Source: a virus (lineage: Duplodnaviria; Heunggongvirae; Uroviricota; Caudoviricetes). From it: DNA of 13,632 nucleotides. The DNA is taken from the IMG/VR virus record IMGVR_UViG_2663763282_000004. One strand, written 5' to 3'. Below, in pieces: positions 13,267 to 13,632 of the stretch. Below the pieces are notes generated by a model that saw only the letters and a list, made by a program, of their open reading frames with translations, ran no database searches and was not told the origin of the DNA. Made by a program: the position numbers and the translations under genes. The stretch's first letter is position 1. The number at the start of each line of letters is the position of its first letter.

Positions 13267-13613
13267 TGGCACATTCGATTACTGTAAGACTAAACAAGCC
13301 CGCAAGAGAGTTTCAGGCCGGGGAAAATATCGGATTCAACATCCGTGCTGGCGTTCAGTATTACGATCGCCAGACAAAAAAGAAAGAATGGACAAACTAC
13401 AGCGCCGTTGTATTTGCCAAGCCGGGAGCGCAAGCGGATTACTACCGTAGTGTTCTTGTTGAAGGTGGCATTGTAGAAATTACCGGAGAAAACATCAGGG
13501 TTGATGTTTATCAGGGGCAAAATGGTCAATCAATCACTCTTGAATTACTGAATGCAAAGATTGTAGACTGGCCCCCTGAATCTCCAGACAACCAGTATCA
13601 CTTATTTAAGTGA
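13266..13613 (+). CDS. Putative small OB-fold ssDNA-binding protein, coupled to erf (TAATG overlap)
   Basis: 115-aa ORF MAHSITVRLNKPAREFQAGENIGFNIRAGVQYYDRQTKKKEWTNYSAVVFAK...VEGGIVEITGENIRVDVYQGQNG; pattern reminiscent of short SSBs; the track ORF start (13176) lies inside erf and is rejected. Confidence 0.45.
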   Translation: MAHSITVRLNKPAREFQAGENIGFNIRAGVQYYDRQTKKKEWTNYSAVVFAKPGAQADYYRSVLVEGGIVEITGENIRVDVYQGQNGQSITLELLNAKIVDWPPESPDNQYHLFK

Positions 13614-13632
13614 TAGTCTTAATACTAGTTTT

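Noticed and set aside
13290-13529. Minus-strand ORF within the SSB-like gene
   Set aside because: Antisense to a gene translationally coupled to erf.

Overview
This window reads as a mosaic lambdoid (lambda/P22/phage-21 hybrid) prophage segment from an enterobacterial genome, abutted at its left end by an IS3-family insertion sequence. All calls are from reading the sequence and recalled protein families; no database search was run. Left to right: (1) right end of an IS3-family element (transposase OrfB 3' part and terminal inverted repeat, 1-460) whose terminus supplies the stop codon of a truncated minus-strand ORF; (2) an AT-rich stand-alone cargo gene for a 161-aa protein whose C-terminal half matches the T5orf172/GIY-YIG-like motif pattern; (3) a lambda-type lysis cassette S-R-Rz/Rz1 on the minus strand; (4) two tandem phage tRNA genes (anticodons UGU Thr, GUU Asn) between the Q-like gene and the lysis genes; (5) a nin region (ninH, rusA, ybcO-like, ninF-like, ninX-like, ninD-like, ninB) as a chain of start/stop-overlapping genes; (6) a replication module (DnaB-like helicase, O-like initiator with internal iterons plus AT-rich tract); (7) a P22-type immunity region (cII/c1-like, cro, OR operators with pR, c2 repressor) with nutR; (8) a rightward pL operon with OL/pL, a phage-21-type nutL and N, an AT-rich moron of unknown function followed by a relic N 3' end, several intrinsic terminators, a cIII-like gene, Erf recombinase and an SSB-like gene. 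The most promising candidates for something undescribed are the T5orf172-domain cargo gene beside the IS and the uncharacterised moron block inserted after N.
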